Of a stretch of 64,000 bases of DNA, positions 15,373-25,304 are shown one piece after another (position 1 is the first letter of the stretch; every line of letters starts with the position of its first letter). This DNA comes from Rubripirellula sp. GTDB lineage: Bacteria > Planctomycetota > Planctomycetia > Pirellulales > Pirellulaceae. The position numbers and the translations under genes were made by a program. The stretch is from the NCBI GenBank assembly GCA_965216875.1, contig OZ244207.1, positions 8,000,001 through 8,064,000 of the forward strand, read 5' to 3'. A model generated the notes under the pieces. It was given only the letters and a program-made list of their open reading frames with translations, ran no database searches and had not been told where the DNA came from.

Positions 15373-18194
15373 TGGTTCACCACCCGAAGCAGTGTTTTCG
15401 AATCGGCAAACGACCGAAAGGGTGGTCGCGTCAAAATCGTTTTGTCCAAGGTGTGTCCAGCGTCGCGTGCCGATCCCAACGTCGCTGCAACGAGAGACGC
15501 CGATTGAGCTCGGCGATCGTCCGGTCCTGAACCGAACGATTCGGCGATGATTTCAGCCACTTGCATCAAGTGATTCGGGTCATCACCCGCAGCTTGTTGA
15601 AGGAGTTGCGATGTTTGCAGTGCACCGTCCCACTGTCCGCGAAGCACCTGCAGTCGTAGGAAACGCTGGAGATGATCGAGTTGCAGCCGGACGTATTGAT
15701 TGGCTTCTGCCGTGGTTGCGGCCATCGCGACCGCATTCTGCTGGGACTTGATCGCAACGCCAAAGTACTCCGCCGCGCGCCGATGATCGCCAGCGGAAAG
15801 AAAGACCACGCCCGCATTGGCATTCATGGCTCCATACTGACTCTGGATCGCTGCATCATCAGGGCGTCTTTCAAGGCAAGCCTTTTGTAACTCAATTGCT
15901 TCGGCGACAGCTTGTTGTGCTTGTTGCAGCTCTTGCGAAAGATGCAACGCTTTGGAAAGGTTGTTCAGCGATACCGCAAGCTCTCGGCGATGTGATGCAA
16001 TCCGGGGTGCTGATGCAACGAGCTTGCGTTGCAGCCCGATCGCCTGGTCAAAGGAAGCCCTCGCGGCGGTGAAGTCCCTGTCGTTGATTTCGGCGGAACC
16101 CAGGTTGTTGTAGGTCGTTGCAATTTCAACCGACGCTGCCAGCGGATTGGGGAGAACTTTGGCCGAAGCGAGCTGGAGGTCGAGAGCCTGGTTCAGCAGT
16201 GCACGTGCCTGGACCGGATCACGCTGTGTTTCGAGAGAGCTCAGATTCAAGCAGACTGCAGCGAGTCCGCGTTGTGCCGCTTGGTTAGGATTTTGCGCAA
16301 CGATTGGGGTGAGTTGATCGTGTGCCAGATTCCAACAAGCCGAAGCTTGCTCGTGTTGTCCAAGCTGGCGAAACAGAAGGCCTTGGTTATTGACGGTCAA
16401 CGCGTAAGCGACCACGTCTCGCTCGTCCGCATCTCCCACCGCAAGCTGTTTGTGTATGGCAATGGATTGTCGGAAAACACGATCAGCTTCTTCAAGTTTT
16501 CGGCACTCACCGAGTGTCAAACCGAGTTGATTCAAGTTCTCGGCGCGCTCGGCACGCAAACGCGGTTCAACCGTGACCAACCGCTGGTAGAGTTGTTCCG
16601 CTTTGCGGAAGTGCGGGACGGCTTGCTCGGGAGTCTCGAGCTGATTGACCAGGTTGCCAATCCGTGTGTGCGTGATCGCAAGGTCGGGTTGAAGCAGCGG
16701 GTCGTCCCCGGCCTGTTCGACAAACTGAGTGTGATATGAAAGCGTTTCTTGTAGCACGTCCCGCCGCAACTGCTCGGCACCCGGCATCAATGCAAGTTGT
16801 TGTGCGACGTCTCCGCCCAGTTGGTTGACCATTTCATGGGCGCTGCGAACGATGTTGTCCGTTCGCTCGGCATGTTCGGCGATCGAGGCACTTTTTTGGC
16901 GAATGATCCACGTACTAATGACAAGCCAAGTGGTGGCGACCACCATCACGATCGATGCCGCGGTGACCCAACGGCGATGGCGCAGTGCCGCGCGACTCGC
17001 TCGCGTCATTAGCGAGAGAGGTTTGGCCTTCGTTGCTTCGCCAGACAACACGCAGCGAAGGTCATCGGCAAACTCTTTAGCGGTCGAATAGCGATCGTCA
17101 CGAATCTTGGCCATCGCCTTGGACAGGACGACGTCCAGGTCGGTTGGCACGTCGCCGAGCACCTTCTTCACTCGCGGCGGCGTGTGAACGTCGAGTGATC
17201 GCAGAACGCCAGGGCCGTCTTCGCCCGGAACGGCACGCTGAAGCGTCAGCATTTCGTAGAGCGTGACCGCGAGGGAATAGATGTCGGTTCGTTGGTCCAC
17301 CAACTCGGCGACGCCACGAGCCTGTTCGGGGCTCATGTACCGCATGGTCCCCACAAGGTCACCGCTTCGCGTGAGCGACAAGTTGTTTTGGCAACGAGCT
17401 AACCCGAAGTCGGTGATCCAAATTCGCGGCGTCTCGGTGTTGTCTCGGTTTTCCGTTCGGTTGGATTCATCGACGATCAGGTTTGCGGGTTTGATGTCGC
17501 GATGGATGATCCCGCAGCCGTGTGCATAGTCGAGTGCATCGGCAACTTCAATGATCGCAGCGAGCACATCGCGCCATTTTGGTTTCGGCAATTCACCCCT
17601 ACGTTGACGCGCGATGACGGATTCAATCGAAGTGCCTTCGATCAACTGCATCGCGTAATAATGGATCCCGCGTTCGACCCCGACGCTATGAACGGGCACA
17701 ATGTTGGGATGCTGAAGTTGGCCAGCCGCATGGGACTCATTCTTGAATCGCGCGACCTGGCGTGAATCCAACAGCGACGCCATGGGGAGCAGCTTTAATG
17801 CAACGCGTCGGTCGAGCGGTTTTTGAGTCGCCTCAAAAACGATCCCCATTCCGCCGCGTCCGATTTCACGCACGATCGTGTAGTCGCCGAGCTGCATGTC
17901 GATCGGCGAATCGGCCTCGACCAAGTCACCCTGGAAACCCGCAGCGATGCCGTGCAGGTCACTGAGCTTGTCAAAGTAGCATTGCAGGACGTCGGCGATG
18001 TCTTCATTCGCAGCGATGACGTCGCAGACATTCACGCGATCGCCCGACTCGAGTTTGCAAAGGTAGTCGTCAAGGATCTTCGTGAGCCGTTCGACTTGCT
18101 CTTCGCTAAGCGATGCGAGCGCGGAATCGTCGTCACTTGCATCCGCAAGTGAATCGCACACGTTGTCGATCGTCGAGTCGACTCTAGTTGCCAC
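15369..18194 (-). CDS. Membrane Ser/Thr protein kinase with TPR repeats
   Basis: GRGGMG, VALK, HRDIKPAN, DFGLA, GTMRYMSPEQ, DIYSL; TM segment; TPR-like C-terminal half. Confidence 0.95.
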   Translation of the reverse strand: MATRVDSTIDNVCDSLADASDDDSALASLSEEQVERLTKILDDYLCKLESGDRVNVCDVIAANEDIADVLQCYFDKLSDLHGIAAGFQGDLVEADSPIDMQLGDYTIVREIGRGGMGIVFEATQKPLDRRVALKLLPMASLLDSRQVARFKNESHAAGQLQHPNIVPVHSVGVERGIHYYAMQLIEGTSIESVIARQRRGELPKPKWRDVLAAIIEVADALDYAHGCGIIHRDIKPANLIVDESNRTENRDNTETPRIWITDFGLARCQNNLSLTRSGDLVGTMRYMSPEQARGVAELVDQRTDIYSLAVTLYEMLTLQRAVPGEDGPGVLRSLDVHTPPRVKKVLGDVPTDLDVVLSKAMAKIRDDRYSTAKEFADDLRCVLSGEATKAKPLSLMTRASRAALRHRRWVTAASIVMVVATTWLVISTWIIRQKSASIAEHAERTDNIVRSAHEMVNQLGGDVAQQLALMPGAEQLRRDVLQETLSYHTQFVEQAGDDPLLQPDLAITHTRIGNLVNQLETPEQAVPHFRKAEQLYQRLVTVEPRLRAERAENLNQLGLTLGECRKLEEADRVFRQSIAIHKQLAVGDADERDVVAYALTVNNQGLLFRQLGQHEQASACWNLAHDQLTPIVAQNPNQAAQRGLAAVCLNLSSLETQRDPVQARALLNQALDLQLASAKVLPNPLAASVEIATTYNNLGSAEINDRDFTAARASFDQAIGLQRKLVASAPRIASHRRELAVSLNNLSKALHLSQELQQAQQAVAEAIELQKACLERRPDDAAIQSQYGAMNANAGVVFLSAGDHRRAAEYFGVAIKSQQNAVAMAATTAEANQYVRLQLDHLQRFLRLQVLRGQWDGALQTSQLLQQAAGDDPNHLMQVAEIIAESFGSGPDDRRAQSASLVAATLGSARDAGHTLDKTILTRPPFRSFADSKTLLRVVNQ

Positions 18195-18882
18195 TGGGGA
18201 TCTCGCAGCGTCGCTTGAACTGTTCTAACGCGCGTAGCCAAAGCATACGTACGGCGCCACCCGAGCGATCCATCCGTGTCGCGATCTCTTCAAACGTTAG
18301 ACCCTGCAAGACTCGGTAGATGATCACGTCGCGGTATTGGCTGCGCAGCTTGCTCAGCTCGTTGGCGAGTTCGACGGCGTTCTCGCGAGCTCGCAGCGGT
18401 GCACTTGGCGAGTCGGTCTTGCCTGGAATCAAACCTGCGAGATTGCACGCTGACTCTTCCAGTTGGCTTGAAATTTGGTCGATCGAAATCTCGCGTCGTA
18501 CATCCCGCTTTCCAGCTTTGACGTGCTTTGCAAAGGTGCGATGCAACGTGTTGATCAGGATCTGACGCAACCAGCCAAGCAACTCGGGCTGGCTCTCGCC
18601 GCGGAAGGCCCCAAAATCGCGATGTGCCGCGAGCATCGTTTCTTGCACGACATCCGAAGGACTCACGCGACGGCTCAGTCGACGGTCAAGCTGAGTGCCG
18701 GCGAGGATCGTCAGGTAGTTGGCATACCATTGCAGCAGTTCGCCACGCGCATGGTTGTCGCCCGCTTTGGCCTGGCAAAGCATGCGTTCGAACTCGAATT
18801 CGTCGGGCGTGCGAGTGGCCGCAGACTTCGGTTGGGAGGCTGCGACCGCCACAGAGGAGGAGTCGGTGACCATCAAAGGCAC
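18184..18882 (-). CDS. ECF sigma-70 factor, planctomycete-specific kinase-associated type
   Basis: RRVSPSDVVQET, WLRQIL, region 4 GLTFEEIATRMDRSGGAVRMLWLRAL; overlaps the kinase start. Confidence 0.93.
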   Translation of the reverse strand: MPLMVTDSSSVAVAASQPKSAATRTPDEFEFERMLCQAKAGDNHARGELLQWYANYLTILAGTQLDRRLSRRVSPSDVVQETMLAAHRDFGAFRGESQPELLGWLRQILINTLHRTFAKHVKAGKRDVRREISIDQISSQLEESACNLAGLIPGKTDSPSAPLRARENAVELANELSKLRSQYRDVIIYRVLQGLTFEEIATRMDRSGGAVRMLWLRALEQFKRRCEIPSGN

Positions 18883-19275
18883 CTCGGATCAGAGGAGGAG
18901 ACAAGGATTTCAATGTTAGGCACGATCTTGGGAAGTGGCAAATCCTTCGCTGCAAACGGCGTTTTTCTCCATGCTTCAAGCGTCCCAGGCATTGCTAGAA
19001 CGCGAGAATCGCCGTGTTGACCCGCCAGAATCGTCGAAAAACCCCCGCCGCGAGTTGCCTCGCTGTGTTGCTAAACGCGTTGGAAACGTGGGGATCCACC
19101 CGCCTCGCGCCTCAAGAAAAAGGCGAGTTGCGGTCTGCTCGCGACGGTACCGGCGTAACGGTCCAATCACTGAGGGAGTTTTCCAAACGCATTCGCCACA
19201 CTTCTGGAATGAGTTTTTGGCGAATTTTTACGACGCAAAAAAGTCGAAATTTGCCGTGAAGTGCGCTCCAACAAT

Positions 19276-19385
19276 CACCCTCCCGCTCGCGGGAGGGTCG
19301 GACGCAAAGTCCGGGGAGGGCACGATCTCTGCAAGTAACAGACCCTCTCCGGGCCTTAGAGCCCGACTCTCCCAAGGGAGAGTGT
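19276..19385. repeat. Inverted pair of CCCTCCC/GGGAGGG palindromic elements
   Basis: CACCCTCCCGCTCGCGGGAGGGTCGG...CCGGGGAGGG and the inverted copy CCCTCTCCGG...CCGACTCTCCCAAGGGAGAGTG. Confidence 0.7.
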
Positions 19386-19415
19386 TCTAGCGCGTTCGGC
19401 TCACGATACGGCGGC

Positions 19416-20012
19416 TCAGTCGCAGCGCCATTGAACTCGATCGCCAATGGGGCTTCGGCTGCTCGTTGGCCAATCCCCTGACGGATACCCCAAATAGAAG
19501 AGGCCGAAGGCTCGGTCCTTTTCCTCCAGGCCAAGGTAGTCTCGCATCTGGTCACTGACCGCGGCCACGTTGCTTGACCAGAACCCGCCGAGACCAAACG
19601 AAGCGGCCGAGAGATGAAGGTTTTGGACTGCACAGGCGACCGCTAACGCCTCGTCCAACTCGGTAATCTTTTCGGTTTTCTGCCGTTTCATGCCGATCGC
19701 GATCACGACCGGAGCGAGCATTGCGTTCTTGCTCATCCCTTCGTACTTGTTCGGCTTGAATTGCTCGGGAGTGGTGATCGCTTTGTAAGTCTCGGCCAAG
19801 AACGACGCCAAGCCCTGCCGGGCCTCGCCGGTGAAGACCGTGAAGTGCCAGGGTTGGGTCATGCCATGCGTCGGAGCCCAATTCGCATTCTCAAGCAACT
19901 CGTCAAGGATTTCCGGATCGATCGCGCGATCGGAAAACGCTTTAGGTTTGACAGTTCGGCGCGAACGAATGACCTGGGTGACGATCGACGATTCGGAGGT
20001 CGCGGTACTCAA
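19416..20012 (-). CDS. Nitroreductase family protein
   Basis: IRSRRTVK, ANWAPTHGMTQPWHF, CAVQNLHLSA..GLGGFW, FYLGYP. TTG start at 20012 assumed. Confidence 0.9.
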   Translation of the reverse strand: MSTATSESSIVTQVIRSRRTVKPKAFSDRAIDPEILDELLENANWAPTHGMTQPWHFTVFTGEARQGLASFLAETYKAITTPEQFKPNKYEGMSKNAMLAPVVIAIGMKRQKTEKITELDEALAVACAVQNLHLSAASFGLGGFWSSNVAAVSDQMRDYLGLEEKDRAFGLFYLGYPSGDWPTSSRSPIGDRVQWRCD

Positions 20013-20114
20013 AGGAACAGCTTTCGCGTTGGGCGTGGTGGACGGTGGGGCGAGTTCTAATATAGCCGCCTTCTGTGAGCCGCAAGAGTTGCGCGTGCGG
20101 CTCACTGGCGTGCT

Positions 20115-20155
20115 TGCCGGATCCGCGTCGCTGACGCTCCTTGATCCGGCCTACA
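20115..20155 (-). repeat. GTAG-type REP (same family as 3548-3588)
   Basis: Minus strand reads TGTAGGCCGGATCAAGGAGCGTCAGCGACGCGGATCCGGCA. Confidence 0.85.
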
Positions 20156-20163
20156 CATTCTCA

Positions 20164-21036
20164 CTAAGGGAAACCGTACTCGGAATTGGTGGGGTCGAAA
20201 TCCTGTTCACTCAGTCCCACGTTCGTTTTCACATCATGGTACGTGTACGACTCGATCAATGGAGGTTCCGCGCCTTCGGATTCTGGCCAACCGAAGCTTC
20301 GGAATTGCAGGATCAGCTGGCGCTCTGGATCAATCGAAATCTCAGCGAGCGAGAAATCGTCTTCGCGCTCCGAAGGCTTCGCACGTCGGACTTGAATTAG
20401 CTGAGTTGCCGTGTCTCCGATTGAATGCCCTTCGGTAAGCGAAACGGTGACGTCGGGATCATCAACATCCTCCTGGCCGCGTTCGATCAATTTCTCGACC
20501 AGCTTCACCAAGCCGATTTCGCTAATCGGATAACGTTGCCCCTGCATCGCGATCACGCCGTTGGGATCGAGCCAGATCGTTTTCAAGTTCAGCAAGAAGG
20601 TTGTTTCATGCACGGCCATTTGTCCGTCGTGCAAGTCCGCAGCCCAAATCACTTCGCGACCTGCGACCGATTCGGGCGAGTTGAACTTCAGATAGACACG
20701 CATTGGTGCATCGTCGCTCTCGTTCCGCAGCCGCGTCTGAACTTTCATCACCATCTCGCTCTCTTCAGCGAGCTTGCCCGACGCATCGACTTCTTGTTTG
20801 ACAAAACGCGCGGTGTAGTCATCGAGCGATGTCGCCATGTGCTCACGAGCGGCTCGTGCCATGTCGAGCACTTTTGCCATGGTCATTTTGTCGGCGGTGT
20901 CATCGGGTTCGACCTCGACAGGTTTGGCATCGGTCGTTGCCGCAGGACCACCCGCAATCATCTTGTATCCAACAAGTGACGCGGTGCCAAAGGCGACCAC
21001 GACGGCCGTGATGATGAAGCCCTTTTTGGATTTCAT
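20164..21036 (-). CDS. DUF1571-like protein
   Basis: DYTARFVKQE, VYLKF...GREVIW, RYPISEIG, ESYTY..VKTNVGL..DFDP.N.EYGF; N-terminal TM. Confidence 0.8.
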   Translation of the reverse strand: MKSKKGFIITAVVVAFGTASLVGYKMIAGGPAATTDAKPVEVEPDDTADKMTMAKVLDMARAAREHMATSLDDYTARFVKQEVDASGKLAEESEMVMKVQTRLRNESDDAPMRVYLKFNSPESVAGREVIWAADLHDGQMAVHETTFLLNLKTIWLDPNGVIAMQGQRYPISEIGLVKLVEKLIERGQEDVDDPDVTVSLTEGHSIGDTATQLIQVRRAKPSEREDDFSLAEISIDPERQLILQFRSFGWPESEGAEPPLIESYTYHDVKTNVGLSEQDFDPTNSEYGFP

Positions 21037-21069
21037 GGCTCTGTGATTCTTTTGGTGTCGGCGCAGTGG

Positions 21070-21093
21070 GGTACGTGCAAGCACACACCTTAC
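21070..21093 (-). repeat. Third REP family (GTAGGGTGTGTGCTYGCACGCACC-like)
   Basis: Near-identical copies at 25267-25290 and twice within 41215-41420. Confidence 0.75.
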
Positions 21094-21193
21094 GAAAGGA
21101 ACGTCCGGAAACAAACACGGCCAGGGCGACGTGATTGCCCTGGCCGTCGATCTTGCCACCAACCGAAGTTGGCGGCGACTTCTAATTGGCTGA

Positions 21194-22876
21194 TCAGAAT
21201 TGCTGCTGAGCGGCCTGTTGCGATTGTTGAATCGCGGCACCCACGGCTCGCAACAACCCCTCGCCGACCGAAACCTGGGACTTGGCACCGTTTTCGACAG
21301 ATTGCGAAACGATGGTCACGACACCTGGATCCGGCGCTGTCGACAACGCGTTGATCATGGCGCCGACCGCATCGTTGGTTTCGATCGATTGAGCGTATTG
21401 CAGGATCGGCAGCAGCGTGAATTTCAGCTGGCCGACAGGACGATTCGACGTGGTGTCCGAGTCACCTTGGTCGATCAGTTCCTTCAACAGATCCTCGCTT
21501 CCGTTGCCGAGAGCGACGAAGACGGCTTTATCACCGGTGCCAATGTGAACGCGGAGTGCATCGCCAAACATCTGTCGCGCTTCGTCTTTTCCAGGTGGAA
21601 TCTCCGATTCGACGACATGCATGTTCACGCCCTTGTAGCTGTCGACATCAAACTTGAATGTCGGAGCGCCAGGTTCGTTTTGAACTTTCTCGGCAAGGTC
21701 TTTGACGATCTGGGCCGCTTCGTTGCCGTCCGCTACGAATGAGCCGAAGACGAACCGGAAATCGTTTTGGTCAGCAAGCAACAGAGCACCGACGTCAGCC
21801 TTACCCTCTTCGATCGAAGCGAGCGCCAGGTCACTGATGCGTTCGATCATTTCCGAAAGCTCGGCACGTTGTTGTTCGTCCAAGCTGTCTTCGGCAGCGA
21901 GTTGGTTGTCGATGGCCTGAAGGTACATCTTCAACGTCGTGCGGGTTTGAGCGACAGCTTCAGGAGCAATCGATGCGGCTCCGTGATAGTAGGCTGCTGC
22001 ATCTTCGCGAATCACGGATGAGAATCGCGATGGGATTGCTTGTTGGCCGCCGTAAATCGCTGCAAGGTCCGAGCCTGGAACTGCAGTGAACGAGCCGTTG
22101 AATTGAACCTGCTTGACCGTTTGATTGACGTTGAAGCCAAAGCTCAGTTCGTCGGTTTCTTCAATCAGCTGCTCAAGTTGATCAAGCGAGCTCTCTGCCA
22201 TTTCACGTGCGGCTTCCGCGTCGCTGTTTTGTTGCTGAGCCATGGCTTGCTCATAGCCTTGGCGAATCTGGGCGGTCAGCAGTTCACGCATTTCGGTTGG
22301 AACTTGCTGCATCTGCAGGCGAACCGAAAGGTCGTAGTCGCCATCGATCCCTTCCAAGATTTCGGCGGGGTCGCTTGGTGCCAGATCGAGCAATTGCTTT
22401 TGTGGTGCAAGAACGGCCCACTTTTCAACTTCTCGAATAAAGACCGTGCTTGCACCCACGGCGATGACAAGCGTTCCGTCATCGAGTTCGTCGGCGGGAC
22501 CAATCTGTGGCTCCAAACGCTTGAGGAACATCTTCAAGTCGAGGACCGGGACGAGTGCGATCGGTTGCGGGGCTCCGTTAACCAGCGGCACGATCACCGC
22601 CGAAGGACGCGTGGTGTCCAAGCCCGAGGTGAACATGCCAGCCATCATCGAAAACATGCCGCCGACCTGAGCTTGCCCAACCGTGCCGGTCAGGTAGTTG
22701 ACATCTTGGGTCAACTTGTTGATCGGGCCAATTGCGACAGATACGACGGGGTCGGTTGCGGTGAGTTCGTCGCTTCCTTGAGCCATCACACGCGCCGGAA
22801 CGGCGGTCGCCATCGCCACCAAGGCCATGACCATTGCGGCCAAACGGCGGCGTACCGCGGGAGTCTTGAATGCCAT
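21194..22876 (-). CDS. Hypothetical secreted protein
   Basis: Long ORF with signal peptide RRRLAAMVMALVAMATAVPARVMA; no family recognised. Confidence 0.8.
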   Translation of the reverse strand: MAFKTPAVRRRLAAMVMALVAMATAVPARVMAQGSDELTATDPVVSVAIGPINKLTQDVNYLTGTVGQAQVGGMFSMMAGMFTSGLDTTRPSAVIVPLVNGAPQPIALVPVLDLKMFLKRLEPQIGPADELDDGTLVIAVGASTVFIREVEKWAVLAPQKQLLDLAPSDPAEILEGIDGDYDLSVRLQMQQVPTEMRELLTAQIRQGYEQAMAQQQNSDAEAAREMAESSLDQLEQLIEETDELSFGFNVNQTVKQVQFNGSFTAVPGSDLAAIYGGQQAIPSRFSSVIREDAAAYYHGAASIAPEAVAQTRTTLKMYLQAIDNQLAAEDSLDEQQRAELSEMIERISDLALASIEEGKADVGALLLADQNDFRFVFGSFVADGNEAAQIVKDLAEKVQNEPGAPTFKFDVDSYKGVNMHVVESEIPPGKDEARQMFGDALRVHIGTGDKAVFVALGNGSEDLLKELIDQGDSDTTSNRPVGQLKFTLLPILQYAQSIETNDAVGAMINALSTAPDPGVVTIVSQSVENGAKSQVSVGEGLLRAVGAAIQQSQQAAQQQF

Positions 22877-23561
22877 CTCTAAGTTCGTCCTTTTCGGAGT
22901 AAGCAGTTGCAAAGGGGCGGTGATCATCGAGACCACCGGATGGTAATGATTTGGCACGGACGCGGAAGATTCAATTCCCCTTCCAATGACGTCCTCCTTG
23001 GGAGCCGACAGTCCCCGAGGCGGAAACGGTCTCGCGGGGCTCTCTCAAAGGAGCAAATCACCGACCAGGGCTGATTGTTACCTAACGTGCAGATCGAGAC
23101 ATGCCCTCATGGGCTATGCCATCAAAAGGCCACACCACCAAAAGGCTTGTCCAAACGCCGATCGAGGCGCGACCGCCAAGCAATTTCTCGTGCCAGCGAT
23201 TCAAGCCTCGGTCTTTTCAAAACTTGAAGCCCTCGTTCTTTCTATACCCGAATCGACGGGGGCAGGTTTCGCGTCGTGCCTATTTCCGCCGATTGACGCG
23301 AGAGCAGAGCTGGAGTGCGGGGCTGAGGAGCGGGGGCCACCAAGGCTGGGCCCATTCATCAGGGCCAGCTTCCTCAGGGCCAGAGCTGGTTAGCGGCAAT
23401 CCGGTGGGCTTTGACGCGACGCCGCTGCTGTGACGATGCGTGATGAGGATGAAGCCGCGTTCACGCAAATTGGGGAAGCTTCGCTTCGAGTGGCGCAGCT
23501 TCAAAAACACGAGCCAGAAAGAGCGGCCGCTCGCGAGAAGATCGGGCAATTCGTCGGTCGT

Positions 23562-23783
23562 CTACCGTTCGCGATAGACGATGCGGCCCTTGGTGAGGTC
23601 GTAGGGTGATAGTTCGACACGCACTTTGTCACCCGGAACAATCCGGATAAAGTGCTTTCGCATGCGTCCTGCGACGTGCGCCATGACTTCAGAACCGGTC
23701 TCGAGCTGGACCCGGAATCGAGTGTTGGCGAGCGCCTGTGTTACGGTGCCTTCGACCTCGAAGGCCTCTTCTTTTTTTCCCAA
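23562..23783 (-). CDS. infA: Translation initiation factor IF-1
   Basis: [19 protein letters not shown]...[37 protein letters not shown] start. Confidence 0.97.
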   Translation of the reverse strand: MGKKEEAFEVEGTVTQALANTRFRVQLETGSEVMAHVAGRMRKHFIRIVPGDKVRVELSPYDLTKGRIVYRER

Positions 23784-24130
23784 GTGACAAAATCTCCGGT
23801 GAAGTTGAATTGGATGCCTAGCCGTTGTCAGCGGCGTCGGTGTCTGGGGCGTCGGCTGCACCGATGCACGAAACGCTGAACGCCAACAGATTCCAGGGAG
23901 CGATCAGGGCGACAGGAGTCGCGGCCGTGGCAACGGTTGAGGGCAAAGTGTACCCTAATCGCCCAAAATGAAAGATGGCGACAGTGGCCTCGTGAGGGCA
24001 TCGGTGTCGCGATTTCAGCATGAAAGATCATGCGGGCGGGGCGAAGCTGGCTACCCAAACCCGCCAGCTCCTGCTGCGTTTTATAGCAGGAACTGGGCTT
24101 GGCGTCACCAGAAATGAAGAAAAGAGCGAA

Positions 24131-24544
24131 TTAACGTTTGCTGAACTGAACGCCGCGACGTGCACCGCGAAGACCAGGTTTCTTACGCTCTTTCATACGC
24201 GAGTCGCGGGTCAAGTAACCGCCATCGCGAAGGGCTTCATGAAGTGATTCGTCGTAGCTGACCAAGGCACGAGCAAGGCCCATGCGAACCGCACCACTTT
24301 GGCCAGTCATGCCACCGCCGCTGACGCGGACCATGACATCCACCTTGTCGCCAAATTCAACGGCCTCGAGTGTGCTCGTGATCCACTTTTGATCTTGGTC
24401 GTTGACGAAATACTCTTCCAACGGACGCTTGTTGACGGTGACCTTGCCACTGCCAGCTCGCACGCGAACGCGAGCAACGCTGCTTTTACGACGCCCTGTA
24501 CCGAGGGCGTCTCCGTTGATTTTGTCCTTTTTGACCGCGACCAT
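24131..24544 (-). CDS. rpsI: 30S ribosomal protein S9
   Basis: GTGRRKSSVARV, GGGMTGQSGAVR, ERKKPGLRGARRGVQFSKR. Confidence 0.98.
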   Translation of the reverse strand: MVAVKKDKINGDALGTGRRKSSVARVRVRAGSGKVTVNKRPLEEYFVNDQDQKWITSTLEAVEFGDKVDVMVRVSGGGMTGQSGAVRMGLARALVSYDESLHEALRDGGYLTRDSRMKERKKPGLRGARRGVQFSKR

Positions 24545-24613
24545 TAGGAATCAAATGCTGTTATGAGTGAATCGTGCGTGATTTGCGAATAAGACTGCTG
24601 GGCTCAGCGGGTC

Positions 24614-25066
24614 TCAGTGTGTTTTCTTGCTCTTGCGTTCCATCGGCTGCGGTTGTTGAGCCGCATGCGGATGATCTGGACCGCAGTAGATCTTGAGTTT
24701 CTTGATCATTTGGTACGCCAGCTTGTTCTTTGGAAGCATTCGGCGAACCGCGTGGTAGATCAGGTCTTCTGGCTTGCGTTCTTGGCGATCACCGTAGCTT
24801 TCCAGACGAAGTCCGGGGTAGCCGGTGTACCACGTGTAGTGGCGATCATCCATCTTCTTGCCGGTCATTTTGACCTTTTCGGCATTCACCACGATCACAA
24901 AATCCCCGCAATCGACGTGCGGAGTGTATTGCGGGCGGTGCTTGCCCATCAAATGAACCGCGATGTCTCGCGCCAGACGTCCGAGAACCTCGTCGCTTGC
25001 ATCGACAATCAGCCACTGTTGTTCGACTTGGCCGGGCTTTGCCATGAAGGTCGGTTGTGCAACCAC
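24614..25066 (-). CDS. rplM: 50S ribosomal protein L13
   Basis: VLGRLA...LMGKH.P.YTPHVDCGDFVIVVNAEK, TGYPG, AVRRMLPKNKL. Confidence 0.98.
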   Translation of the reverse strand: MVAQPTFMAKPGQVEQQWLIVDASDEVLGRLARDIAVHLMGKHRPQYTPHVDCGDFVIVVNAEKVKMTGKKMDDRHYTWYTGYPGLRLESYGDRQERKPEDLIYHAVRRMLPKNKLAYQMIKKLKIYCGPDHPHAAQQPQPMERKSKKTH

Positions 25067-25266
25067 GAGATCAACTAGTCCACAAAGTAAAGGAATTGAC
25101 GTTCAAACGGAGAATCCCCACGCCAGTTGCGGGGAATCGAGGAATTTATAGGCCGCGTTCCATCTCAGCAAGGCCTTTCGGGCATTTTCCCGGCAAAGAG
25201 TCGAAGCTGCACGCACCTGGAACGACAACACTTGGTTTTCTTCGGATCTGGGGTTTCTCGGGATCT

Positions 25267-25290
25267 GGTGCGTGCGAGCACACACCCTAC
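25267..25290 (-). repeat. REP copy (GTAGGGTGTGTGCTCGCACGCACC)
   Basis: Matches 21070-21093 and the copies in 41215-41420. Confidence 0.75.
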
Positions 25291-25304
25291 GGGAAGGCGG
25301 GCAC

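Noticed and set aside
18917..18933. Sigma54 -24/-12-like site AGGCACGATCTTGG
   Set aside because: Imperfect (no TTGC) and on the plus strand, with no credible downstream gene.
22986..23549. ORFs or a riboswitch in the ~600-bp gap next to infA
   Set aside because: The ORFs lack recognisable motifs and I could not match any known RNA motif by eye. An Rfam/Infernal scan would settle it.
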